NCBI RefSeq assembly: GCF_000485595.1
Contig: NW_014577066.1
Coordinates: 780,539-844,538 of the forward strand
Direction: 5' to 3'
Length of the DNA stretch: 64,000 nucleotides
Source: Priapulus caudatus
Lineage: Eukaryota
Shown here: in pieces, positions 1-12,512 of the stretch
Numbering within the stretch: the stretch's first letter is position 1
Layout of the letters: each line of letters starts with the position of its first letter
Translations under genes and position numbers: made by a program
The notes under the pieces: generated by a model
What the model saw: only the letters and a program-made list of their open reading frames with translations
The model's database searches: none
Told to the model about the DNA's origin: nothing

Positions 1-660
1 GCACAGATCAGCAGTAAACACTAAACAATGGCACAGATCAGTAGAAGATACTAGACATTGACATAGATCAGCAGTAGACACTTAACAATGGCACAGATCA
101 GTAGAAGATACTAGACAATGACATAGATCAGCAGTAGACACTAAACAATGGCACAGATCAGTAGAAGATACTAGACATTGACATAGATCAGCAGTAGACA
201 CTAAACAATGGCACAGATCAGTAGAAGATACTAGACATTGACATAGATCAGCAGTAGACACTAAACAATGGCACAGATCAGTAGAAGATACTAGACAATG
301 GCACAGATCAGCAGTAGACACTAAACACAGACACAGATCAATGGTAGACACAAAACACACATCACTGACAGACAACATACATGAGTACAGATCAGTGGCA
401 GAGACTAGACACATATCATTGACAGACAATATACGTGAGTACAGATCAGTGGCAGAGACTAGACACATGTATATCATTGACAGACAATATACCCGAGTAC
501 AGATCAGTGGCAGACACTAGACACATATCATTGACAGACAACATACACGAGTACAGATCAGTGGCAGACACTAGACGCATATCTTTGTCAGACAATATAC
601 ATGAGTCAGAGTCCAGATCAGTGGCAGAAGACTATACACAGATCAGTGGTAGACATTAGA
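1..660. repeat. Minisatellite: 30-bp/60-bp dimeric unit grading into a 54-bp unit
   Basis: Shared core CAGATCAGYRGYAGAYACTARACA. Confidence 0.9.
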
Positions 661-2089
661 CACCGGCACAGGTCAGTTATGAACATGGATTAATATTTTT
701 TTCGTGTCATTTTTTATCTCACTGTTTATTTTAACCCTATTTGCAAGCATATAGTTAAAATCCCTCATATCTGCACCTTCACGTTCATCCTTATTGCCAG
801 GTTCTTCATCGGCAGCGCAGTTCCAGGCCACGAATTACCGAAACTGTTTACGACACTTCGCCGGCCTAGCTGATGGCAGCCGACCATTCTACCCTGCGGC
901 TCTGTTCCCATTTCTATCCCGCTCACTCCCAAACGACTGTCATGCCACGGAGCGTCCTGGCATCGTGCCCGCACCGGTTCCAAACCAGGAGCTCATCCCA
1001 CTTCCAGTCTTCCCTGCCGTGAAAGTGAATTACATCAGCGCACGATCAGACGGCGTGCAACGTGATAGAGTCCCTTTCTATGCGACTTCTATCATATAGC
1101 TCTTCAAAGTGAAGACTGCTTGGGCAGCGCGTAAACAACATGACACTCATGCCCGCGTTACCGCTACCAGGTGTCAGCACAGACAATGCCGCTCTCGTCG
1201 AGACCTCGGCGGATGTTTGCCCTGTCATCGACAACGGCCACTTATCTCACCGCACTCCGACTCCAAATATAGCCTCCATTGTATCTCATTACAGAAAAGC
1301 GAGCGTGACCCTCCGCAGCAACGGTGACACTCAGCCGGCGCTGGCGGCCATGTCGTAATGAAGGGTGCCGTGGTTGATGAGATGTCGGCTAACGTCTCGT
1401 ATTACCCGATTCTTTTTTCTCCGCCTTACAAAAGTTATCTCTCCAAGTTCGTCGGCGACAAAGAGACCATGGTAACCGAAGGCATGTCGCGTTTTTTTAC
1501 GAGGTGGTGCCGCGGTGCGATCGGCCGACCCTGCTCGGTGATCTCTCGCCGGGATCCTGAGACGAGCAAAAGACGAAAAAATTCCGCTCGACGCAGAGAA
1601 TGTGCAGCGTCGGCGCTGCGCAAAAGAGCGTGTGAGACACAGTTCAAGGTCAGTCAGCCAATAGTTTTTTTTAACAGGAATTCTTTCGCGCGACAAAAGA
1701 CGAAAAAAACTGGTTTAGCACATTAGGCGCAGCGGTGGTCGGCTAGAAAGCCGCGGGTGTGTTAAAAAATCCATATTTACAAATGGCTTTCAGAGAGAGG
1801 TTGACTGCACATCCCAGTAAGTGACAGCTGCGAATTAAGTCCCCATTAAAGGTCGTAGCATGTAATGTGGTGGCGGGTCAGAGAAAGGCCACGCAGACCA
1901 ACGGTCTCACAAAGTGGGCACATTTTCTACGACAAAGGTCTCCGGGGTGGGAATCTGTGGGTGGGCGTCTGGAACCCAGGATGATCATCATCTGAAATGT
2001 CTGACTGGCAAGAAAGAGATGACTCAAGCGAGCCAGGCCAGGAATGTGAGCAACAGCTCCACCCGTAACACCAAAACAGACCACCTGCC

Positions 2090-2462
2090 GGTGGTGACAT
2101 TGCTGGTGACATTGCTAGTGACACTGCCTGTGACATTGCAAGTGACACTGCCTGTGAGATTGCCAGTGACACTGCCTGTGACAATGCCGGTTGACACTGC
2201 TGGTGACACTGCCGGTTAACACTGCTGGTGACACTGCCGGTGACACTGCTGGTGACACTGCTGGTGACACTGCCGGTTAACACTGCCGGTGACACTGCTG
2301 GTGACACTGCCGGTTAACACTGCCGGTGACACTGCTGGTGACACTGCCGGTTAACACTGCCGGTGACAATGCCAGTGACACTGGCGGTCAACACTGCCGG
2401 TGACAATGCCAGTGACACTGGCGGTCAACACTGCTGGTGACAATGCCGGTAACAGGTGACAC
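2090..2462. repeat. 12/13-bp minisatellite GGTGACACTGCY / GGTTAACACTGCC
   Basis: About 30 tandem units. Confidence 0.9.
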
Positions 2463-2487
2463 TATCATGTCTGAATCGGACTGTTAC

Positions 2488-2665
2488 CTGTGAGCTCCTG
2501 CGCTGTGTGACGATGGAGGCCAGAGACTCGCGCGTCTTCTTGCTCGGAGTCGACACCGTTCCCGCCTTCTTGTTCGGCGACTTTCCGGGAGTCTTCGTCG
2601 GAGCCCCCTTCACAAACGTATTCCCCAGGATCGTTCCGGGAGACTTGCCTGCCGTTAACGACACC
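2488..2665 (-). CDS. DOCK1: Probable DOCK C-terminal tail exon (S/T/P/K-rich)
   Basis: ttgcttccag|..VSLTAGKSPGTILGNTFVKGAPTKTPGKSPNKKAGTVSTPSKKTRESLASIVTQRRSSQ|gtaaca. Entry phase 2 is compatible with exon 41. Confidence 0.6.
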
Positions 2666-3727
2666 CTGGAAGCAACAAAGTTTCGTCACTGTGAACGCGA
2701 TAACAACCAGATGTGCAGAATGATGGATAGTTTGTCTCATCGCATTAACAAATCCTTTGCACTAGTCTGTGCTACAATGGTTACTTATGATAATTTCTCC
2801 TCATTTCTTTGCATGCATGTTCAGATACAGCTGGTAGGGTATGGATCCTGCTTGTAGAGTACATGGATGTACTTTAGGTTAATGTAATTTAGGTTTTGTA
2901 GGTTACGGACAATGCCTCAACCAAATTCATCTGATCTCTTCCTTCTACAATGGCCCCTCATTGTGGGGCCCCCACTTCTGTGGAAACCATTAAGAATATT
3001 ATACAAAAGATGATGAAAATTAATGGCAATTGAAAAGAGCTACTCATCCAAATGCGCTGGCAGTAAATGTACACTACTGCAAGTATAGATTTAGATGGAC
3101 TATGAATAGGTTTCATTATTAGTAAAGTGTCGAGTTTTCATAAAACACACAGACAAAACACAGAAAAACAGACACGCACACCTGCATGCACACCTCATAT
3201 GCATACACACACATACGTTAGTCATGCAAAATCTGCATAAGCAATATAAGAATTCAGACAACGTCTTAGACAACATACACCAAGCAAAGCGGCTCAACTT
3301 GCAAAAATATCAGTTTAGTAAAAACTAGGGTTACACTGCCACGGCCGTATGCAATCCTACTGAGTACTAGTTTATTCAAATATTATTATGATACGAGGTC
3401 ACAATTAGCTGAGAAATGTTAATACCAGGTTATTGGTATATATCAATTCAGGTTAATACATGAATGTCTGCTTAGCTGAAACTTTATGTGCACGCTGTAT
3501 GTAAATGACACACAGCTAGGTAAAACACGTAGGTAGCACACAATCATTTGCATAGAGTACATCTTACCTTGGCTAACCCAAAGATAACTTATCAAGGGCA
3601 TTAGGTGCGAGTGGAACATTAATAAGCTATTGCAGAGTTTATAACACACACACACACGCACACGCACACGCACATAAACTCACACAGGCCTGCCTACCTA
3701 CTGAACTAAGAATCAGGCACAAACACT

Positions 3728-3774
3728 GGCAGCAGCAGCACTACCACCAGCAGCAGTAGTAGCAGAAGCAGCAG

Positions 3775-3818
<44 letters not shown>

Positions 3819-4611
3819 GTAGTAGCAGCAGCAGTAACAGCAGCAGTAACAGCAGCAGTAGTATCAACAGTAGTATCAGCAGCAGCAGTAACCAGCAACA
3901 GCAGCAGTAATCAGCAGCAGCATCAGCGCCTAGCAGCAGCAACATCAGCACCATGACATTGCCCATTGTAGGTACACCTACCACCAAAAATACCAACCAC
4001 CCACCACGACACCAGCAGCAGTAACATTAGCAGATTTACATCTCCTTAACCCACTATAAGGGGGGGGGTAGGGAAGTTAATGCAATTAGGTTAACATTTT
4101 ACATTACGTAAAAGAGAGTACCACCCACAACGGTGGCAGGAGCAGCAGCATACTGGCCCAGACCTTGCCCACTGTAGATACACTTACTTTCCCCCCAAAG
4201 AAAACACCAACCACTCACCACGACAACAGCATCAGTAACACTAACAGTAGCAAATTTACATGTTCTTTACTCACTATGGGGGGAGTGTAGGTAAGTAAAT
4301 AAAAAAAAGTATAAAATTCATATGATTTCATTATTTAAAAGAGAGTACCCCCCATCAGCCCCGAGAGCAACAGCAGCAGCAGTAGCAGCATCAGCAACAA
4401 GAACAACAGCAGCAGCAGTAGTAGCAGCAGTGACAAGAACAACAGCAGCAGCAGTAGTAGCAGCAGCAACAAGAACAACAGCAGCAGCAGTAGTAGCAGC
4501 AGCGACAAGAACAACAGCAGCAGCAGTAGTAGCAGCAGCAACAAGAACAACAGCAGCAGCAGTAGTAGCAGCATGCTGCTGCTGCTACTACTGCTACTTC
4601 TGTGGTTGCTC

Positions 4612-4649
<38 letters not shown>

Positions 4650-4905
4650 ACTACTACTACTACTCCTGCTGCTGTTACTTTTGCTGCTGCTCCTGTTACT
4701 GCTGCTGCTGCTGGTGCTGCCGCCACCGCTGCTATTGTCGCGGAACAGCAGAAGTAGCAGCAAGTAGCGGGAGCAGCAGGAACAGCAGCAGGAGCAGCAG
4801 GAGCAGCAGGAACAGCAGTAGCAGTAACAGCAGCAAGAGCAGCAGTAGCAGGAGCAGCAGGAGCAGCAGGAGCAGCAGTAGCAGCAGCAGTAGTACTAAC
4901 AGCAT
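3728..4905. repeat. CAG/CTG-type trinucleotide low-complexity blocks with an intervening ~200-bp diverged direct duplication
   Basis: CAG 3728-3950 and 4365-4572 (36-bp higher-order unit), CTG 4573-4735, CAG 4745-4905. 3958-4127 resembles 4164-4353. Confidence 0.85.
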
Positions 4906-7820
4906 CAGCCGGCAGCGTTTCCGCCCGCGTTCACCACTGCCAAACACGCCACCCACCAAGTGCCAGCCATGGCATACATGGCAGCTAGCTGCGTGTGCTT
5001 GCACAGACTCGCATGAGACAGCCTTCCCTCTCTCTCCCTCCCGAGCGTCAGCGCGTTAACCAGACTACGTAACGAGGCCAGCGACACGCGTTCAAGTCAA
5101 ATAGCACAGCGCTGACGCGAAGATGACCAGCGATTATCTGCACTCTGCTAACGTCATCAGAGTAAGCATTAGGTGGACTAAACGTACCTTCGGCACGTAA
5201 TTGGAATGAAGGACTGGTACACTGCCGGTTAGCTACTCCTGAATGGGCTGCTCGGCCAGTATGGATCCCCTTATATAGACTCCTATTGCAGGTAAACTCC
5301 CCCCTGGAATGGAACCCTGCTTTATTTTCCCCTGAAGAGAATGTTGGTGCACCACGCAGTTTTTATCACCTCTTCCACGTTAAATGTGACAATGGTCCAT
5401 CAACGGCCATCTCTACCAGTATTTCACAAAGCATGGACGGTCAGGACAAAATTCTGTCACTGCCGGCATTACCATTTCTGATTATACCGCTTCGAGTGTA
5501 GAGAAAGGCTTGAACACGCGGTACCCCCATCCCCTTCTGATCTCTGGACAGCTTATTACACCCCGTGGGCTCAATTGTCGCGCCCGTTACATAGCCGCGT
5601 CTTACGCGCCAATGCTCGGATCGGGAAACGGAACTCAGTATGAACACTAATCCGCACTCAAGACAACACATTCCGTGTATGAAGCAATATCAGATGTACC
5701 TTACCGATCGCTTGCCACTAGTTATCAGACTACAAATAGGAAAGAAACAAAAGAGCAAATATTAGTGAAGCGCATGAATATGCCGCTAGAGCGCACGCAT
5801 TTCATCGGGTTGCCGATTATCGCTCATTCTGAACGAAATCTGCACTCTTGTACGCATGCTAGTAGTTCATGCCAGTCGTTAAAATAAGAAGTATTTGCTG
5901 ATATTCATGCTAGTAGTTAAACTGTAGTTAAATGCTAGTAGATATAATGGTGGCAGTTAATACTACTAGTCACTGCATTCCACAGCCGTCTATATGAGTA
6001 TAGTTAACACTAATAGTTCATGCTAGTAGTTGATAGCAGCTGAAAAATAGATAGTTGATATATAGAAAAAAGTGACATTTCAATGAGAGAAATTTCTTAA
6101 CATCAAGGACATTTAGAACATCGGATAGATATCTGGAACGCATCATTTAGAATGTCGTATTACATACACGCAAATATACACAAGGATACGATATGCAGTT
6201 TGGCTATGCACAGATCCTGTATCTGTACCTTTCTTTCTCCCCCTCTCTCTTCCCCTCGCTTCTTTCACCACTTTCCCCATCTCTGCCCCCTCTCTCACAC
6301 ACCTTTTCTCTCTCTCTCTCTCACTCGAAAAAGAAGAAGAAGAAGATAATGAGACAGCAATATTATTAAATGGTGATCTTTGGGAAAATTAAGCACGTTC
6401 TTTAAGAAGAATCTACTTGCCAATAACAACGTCGTTTAGATTTGAGTCTTAAAGAACCTATTAAGGCATGACCTGTCACTGTGTGGTAATCCATTCAAGA
6501 ATGAATTTACCTTAAAAAAAACCTGGACTTATACAAGAAAAATAGCTGTCAAGGTAAAATCGGGTTTAAACACATCGACTAGATTGAAAGGCTTGAAAAA
6601 TAAAGAAAGGAATATTTTGAGAAACAAGTTTAACAGCCATGGGCTTTTAGTATTTACTGACTTTTTAAACCAATTTGGGCCAACAAACTCACCACATTAA
6701 ACCCTTTCTATAGAAAAATGTGAAAAAGGGTAAAGCACGCCCCAAAGCGATGTCTACACAAGATTGAGAAAAGAGTTCAAACGATCGCCGACTGCAAAAT
6801 TATTGTAAAGAAAACGTTTCTGGGCAGACTTAAAAAAACAAGACTTTAAAAAAATCTCGGGAATTTTTCGAGTTGTATTCAAACTTGTTTGCCAAGATGT
6901 GCTGCTTGCTGACCATAAAGATTGCTTCCGGCACTTCAGCATCACATCAATGCCACACAACGGTGAGAAAACGTGATCCGACACATCTAATACTGCACCA
7001 CGAGGGCGATAACTACACCTTACCTAGATGAGGCAACGACCGCTGCAGTCGCAACGACTGCGAGATCACGAGCGTAAACAAGTGCCGCAGTGCGACAGGG
7101 CTCATCTGGTGTCTGGTGTTCTGCTGATAAATTCATTTGTGCATAGCAAGACGTCTTATACGTAAGTCTTCTTTATTCTTGTTTGACTTTCGTAGCGAAT
7201 TCGAACAAATATATCAGCTACACTTTTGCAACCACCTAATCTCTATGGGCTAATTCTATTAACAAGAACAACAATAACAATTCAAATACAAGTTAATGAA
7301 TGAATGATGAATGAAAATAATGAATGACATTGACGTTGACATAAAAGATTTCAACATATGAGCATGGATCTCCAAGTTTAATTAGAAAGGGCGGGGCGGT
7401 CCTTCTCTTCCACCTCCCTCCCCACTGCGTCCCACCTCCCTCCCTCCTGCCTCTCACCTCCCTCCCCCTGCCTCCCACTTCACTCCCCTTGCCTCTCACT
7501 TCCACCCCTTACCTCCCGTGCCACGCACAACCTAATTGTACCCCGTTTCCCGCTCGCATACACACCGTATCACCGTTTTCCTGTCCCCGTCTCAATTTAC
7601 TACTCTCTCTCTCTCTCTCTCTTAATTATATAAATTAAAAAAAAAACCAGCGATGATGCCTTTTACTGCCCCCCTCAATAATACTTCGTTCCTATGCCCC
7701 TGAGTGTAACAGCCATATAAATAATAATATATAGTGTCTCTAATATTTCTATGGTAACAGCTTATGTTCGCATAACTGGTAAATGGATACGCACGACCAT
7801 AGCTACATGATATATGTTAA

Positions 7821-8311
7821 AGCAATTATTGCGAGAATTTTCCAGTGTTTTCACCACTTTCCTGACACCTACCGTTATTGCTTGAGTAACAGCAATTGTC
7901 TAGAGTAACAATAAAATGTCTTAGAACGTTCGTATTCACCAAAATCTGCCCGTTTCGAACTAGTTTCGTAAACATTCGTTTTCTGTTATCTTGAACTAGG
8001 AGGAAGTGTGGATTAGCTTATGGCGCCACCGCTTATCTGCCATAGACAAAGCATGGCTCTCTCAAATCATGCACTTGTTTTCAATTAATCACCGACACAA
8101 ATACAAGTTTATCAATTCTGCCATTAGGCATTGTCGCGACACGATAAAATGCATTGCTGTTACGATGTGTTCATATCCAATTTTCTATGCTATAACTGCA
8201 TAAAAACTTAGTATTTTTAATGTTGGTGTAATCAGTGATATTTTCGCTGTCAGGTGAAACTATATTCAGCTATATTTAGTTTTTCTGAGCAAAAATCTCG
8301 CAATAGTCATT
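7821..8311. mobile_element. Kolobok-like MITE, copy 1
   Basis: TTAA flanks, TIR core TATTGCGAGA/TCTCGCAATA. Both ends are homologous to 42503-43169. Confidence 0.72.
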
Positions 8312-8419
8312 TTAAGATTCAAGATGAAAAGTAAATATATATTATATGGTACTAGTTATTATTTATTCGTTTTAACAAAGTTACATGAGAATAAAATCTA
8401 ATTTAAACTAGGCCTATAG

Positions 8420-9420
8420 TTGCCGCGAGATGGCACGTGCAAGTGTAATCAATAATCAAAGATGGCATGGCCCTTCTTGAGATACCCTAACTAGCTCCCT
8501 GGGGAGTTGCTGAAATCCTACAGGCTAAAATCCAAGTAAGTATATTCAGGCAGGTGATAATTTCGCTCAGCTGTGGGTTAACACATGTGCATTGCAGGTT
8601 GGCAGGCAACAATTATGATTAGAAGAGTGCCAGCCATGGGCTGCCCCGTGTTTTTGCCTACCCACGTGAGCATTCACTGATTCAGCCTTCAGGGTGCTAT
8701 AGACAGACTGCTTTAGAAAATAATATGATTTAAGGAGCGTAAACCTTGTTCAACAAACATTTGCCTTTGCAATTAAACTGTGGAACTGTAGCCTCACATT
8801 CACACAGGTATGGGCTCTAATAATAGCAAAAGCAGTTCAGTCCTTTGTTAACAGTCAACAAATCAATGTTTAACCTTCCTCTTGAGGGTCAAAAGGTTAT
8901 CCGACACTTACTCTTCGCATGTCAGCGGAAAGTACATTTCATGGTCCTTTCAATAAAGCCATAAAAATGGTAGGTCACCGGTGGAACAAATTTTTTTTTC
9001 AATCGCTCTGTCAGACCATGTCCTCAGAAAATGTCTAAAATCTGCCCTGTGCCCCATTGACCTTTGACCTGTGACCTCCAATTTCGGCACAGTGATGGCT
9101 TTCCTACCATGATACTATACACCGACTATCACGAGACTAGGTCGAGCCGTTTAGATTTGTGCCGCAATTCTGCATTTCCTCCTTATACCTTAAGTTAAGG
9201 TGGGAATGTTCCCCCTTCTTTTACACCTCTTGACCTCCAGCTTCGCCATCCCAACTCGTTTTGACGATCCCCCCCCCACGTCCTAAATATCGTGACACTA
9301 CGTCGAGCGGTTAAGATTTGTGCCCAACTGTTGACGCACGGACGCACGGACGCACGGCCGGACGGACGCTCGCTCATGCGATTCTACAAGCTGCATCTGA
9401 CTATGTCAGATGAGCTAAAA
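8420..9420 (-). mobile_element. Helentron-associated (HINE/DINE-1-like) interspersed repeat, copy 1
   Basis: Minus-strand start TTTTAGCTCATCTGAC-ATA-GTCAGATG hairpin followed by a CGTCC/GTGCGTCC microsatellite. Homologous to 53131-54090. Left boundary approximate. Confidence 0.65.
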
Positions 9421-9650
9421 AGCAGACACATGAGAAACGCCCAATCAGCTTTCCTACGCGCATTGATGATGCCGCTGAGCACAGATAGATCTCTGAGTTA
9501 GGGGCGTCATGATGAGTGCTACCGCCGTGTACACTAGAATTGGTAGACTGTCATGCTAACACTCAATTATACAATCTTTGCCAAAAGAGATTCCCCAATC
9601 AGGGCTTCATGACAGCAAATGCTAAAGGTAGCTAGAAGGGGGTAGCTTAC

Positions 9651-9781
9651 TCTGCTATGTCAGGGTTGGAGGCATTGGCAAAGGCCTCGGTCAGATTCTC
9701 CAGGCTCATCTGTGAGCCGGCGGCGACCTTTTTCATGCGCGTCGGCAGTGTCTTGTAGTGCCTGAACTTACCCAGTCGCGG
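9651..9781 (-). CDS. DOCK1: DOCK exon 41 (C-terminal tail, basic)
   Basis: tgcag|[43 protein letters not shown]|gtaagc. Phase fits exon 40; little homology to judge by. Confidence 0.75.
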
Positions 9782-12477
9782 CTGCAACACGCACACAGTG
9801 TGCACACAATGAGGACACGATTTTCACAGTGGATTACCTTCTATTGACTTTAAACTAACTTGCATTATCGCTGTATTAAGTGAACTAATGCTGACTGAAA
9901 TATTAACATAATATCGACTAAAATATCGACCAACTTACATTAGCCCTGTATCAGCTCTACATTCAACTTTCATATTGATATTCTCGTGTTTATATTTTCA
10001 ACTGTTTGTTTTTTAAAAGCTGGGTTATATGGGTTACACCTAACCTGTCTCACATAGAGAAAGTTTCCCGTGTTATACCGCATGTTATTGAAATCACTAG
10101 CTAAAGCTACCTTCTTGCCATATTTCGGCTCAATGTGATTTCTCAGCTCATCGAAGCAGGTCTCCATCTTCAGATGAAGTGGCATCATGTTTTCTGTGAT
10201 CTTCGACTCATGTACCTCAATCCCAGCTTCCAGGTAAGGAATCTGTGCAGACAAACAAATGCAATATAGGCATCTATCATGTTTACATCTCCTACTCATC
10301 ATCACACCGAATTAATACTACAGTATTAATCATGCAGTCTCACGCTTAAACGAGCACAGAATCAATACCCCAATCTCCCTTACACTCTGAGCTTACAGAA
10401 CAATGGGAACCATCTAAAATTAGACAATCAAGATTACACACTGACTACGCAGACCGTCTCAATCCATTTAATTTACACAAAGGCACGAAAAACACTCTGT
10501 TTGGGTTGAAATCAAGCCAATTTGCGCTAGAAATTACGAGAGGTGACTGAAGCATGTAGCAGCATTGTCGGGAGAGAGGGAGGGGTGAGGTGTTTACCTG
10601 CGCAGCAATGAGGTCCTTGAGTTTATGCACTTTGTCTCCATCATCCGGATGCTTCTCCAGGTACTCTGCTGTGAAGAACGCCTGAAACGCACAGACGATA
10701 TTAATCACAGCTTATAATTATATTACTGCTGACTCACGCACCGCGCCATAGATTTTACATTACGGTTAGAACACACCTGGGAATCGTTACATACCCGCGC
10801 TCCGTGAACCTTAGACCCTTCCCCTTCATCGTGACCCCAGCGGCTCCCCACGCGCGTGCGACCCCCCCCATGTCACTCCCCTGAATGCCACTCCCACGCA
10901 TGCCATCCCCGTACGCGTGCGACCCGCGCCACACTCACGTCCTCGTAGTTGCGGATGCCGCCCATGACGGCAGCGTCGACGATGCCGTTCAGCATCATAC
11001 TGATTGGGTTGACGGGCAGCGTCATGTCCTGCTGGTGCTGCTTCACCATCTGCCTCAGCTTCGTGTTCGTGTTCTCCATCGTCTCGATCGCATTCTCGAG
11101 CGGCGTCACCTCGTGCTGAAATCGACAACCGCGCGTCAGTGAACGCCAGAGGGCGCCTCGGGAGGCCGGCGACGTCTTCGGCGATGCGAGAACCGCACGT
11201 CAGTGAACACCAGAGGGCGCCGCGGGAGGCCGGCGACGTCTTCGGCGGGCGCAGCGAGAATCGGGGCGCCACAATGGGGCACGCGATCGCGAGAGAACTG
11301 AACGGGAAGCTGGTACAGAGTTTTTGGTTTATGATGTTGATTACTCGATAGTCGCACTACTTATTTACGCGCAGTTCTTGCAAGGCTATACTATATTTGT
11401 AGCAAATGTTCTTATAACTTTGATATTTTTTAGAATTAGCAATTAAATTTAAAGTTTAAAAAGAGGTTTGCAATGGTGCACGCTGAGATTTTGTGCTGTA
11501 ATTTAAGTACAAACAAAGGTGACAATTATTTCCAGCTATCACCAGATAAAGTTAATGTGTCAAATGTCTAAAGTCTTCTTGGCATAACATAATATTTATT
11601 TTACATATAGTTAACACACACACGCACGCACGCACACACACATGCACACGCAAACATATATATCTGTGTTTTGGGGACTTAATGGGTTTGAACGACACTC
11701 TATATATCAGTTGAACGGAATTGTTTCGAGTGCAACTGCAAGCTCGTGGTAAGACAAGCATGGCACCTGGGTGGACTTCTAGCAATCTATGGATATTGAA
11801 CAGGTGAAATATCGTCTCCATTTCAAACGAAAATGGGAGAGAAAAAAACAGGCTATTTTAAACATCGGCTGTTTGTCACTATTCAAGGACATGTCATAGA
11901 GGTCTTTGCACTATCAACCACAGTCTCTGTCTGTCTGTGTCTGCCTGCTTTCCTGCCTGCCTGCTGCCTGCCTGCTTGCCTGCCTGCCTGCTGCCTGCTG
12001 CCTGCCTGTCTGTCTGTCGCTCTCACTCCCTCTGCCATCGCTTTCTCTCTCTCGCTCTCTCATCACCTTCTCAACCAGCGTGCACGCATGGTCCCCGGGT
12101 TTGGTGAGATACCCGCCCATAGTTCCGGACACAGAATTTCTCCTCTAGGCAACAGGCCGGTTTCTTGCTCGGCGACAGTAAATTCTGCGGCGGCCGAGTA
12201 ACCGTGGGTAACCGGTGCGCGTGGGGGCGGGGTGCGCGCGCTGGTGTCGCAACGTCTGCGCGCATTCAAAAGGCGAGCGCATTCCTTCCGCACACCGGCG
12301 GGGTAAACACGTGCAACCGCAGCACGCGCGCGAAAATAAGATTTTCTTCTGCATGACAGACGAGAACCTGACTACCGTCCCGGGGGCTGACAAGTTGACA
12401 GAGTGACGCGGCCTGACAGGCAGAGCTAGACACTTAATTCTGCAGCAGCGGCATTCCTCGTGCTGCGACGATCATCG

Positions 12478-12512
<35 letters not shown>

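Noticed and set aside
1878..2084. Possible terminal DOCK exon after 2488-2665
   Set aside because: In phase, but the acceptor lies in a minisatellite with no pyrimidine tract and the peptide has no DOCK-like features.
3706..5059. Poly-L/A/S/C ORFs
   Set aside because: Translations of CAG/CTG simple repeats.
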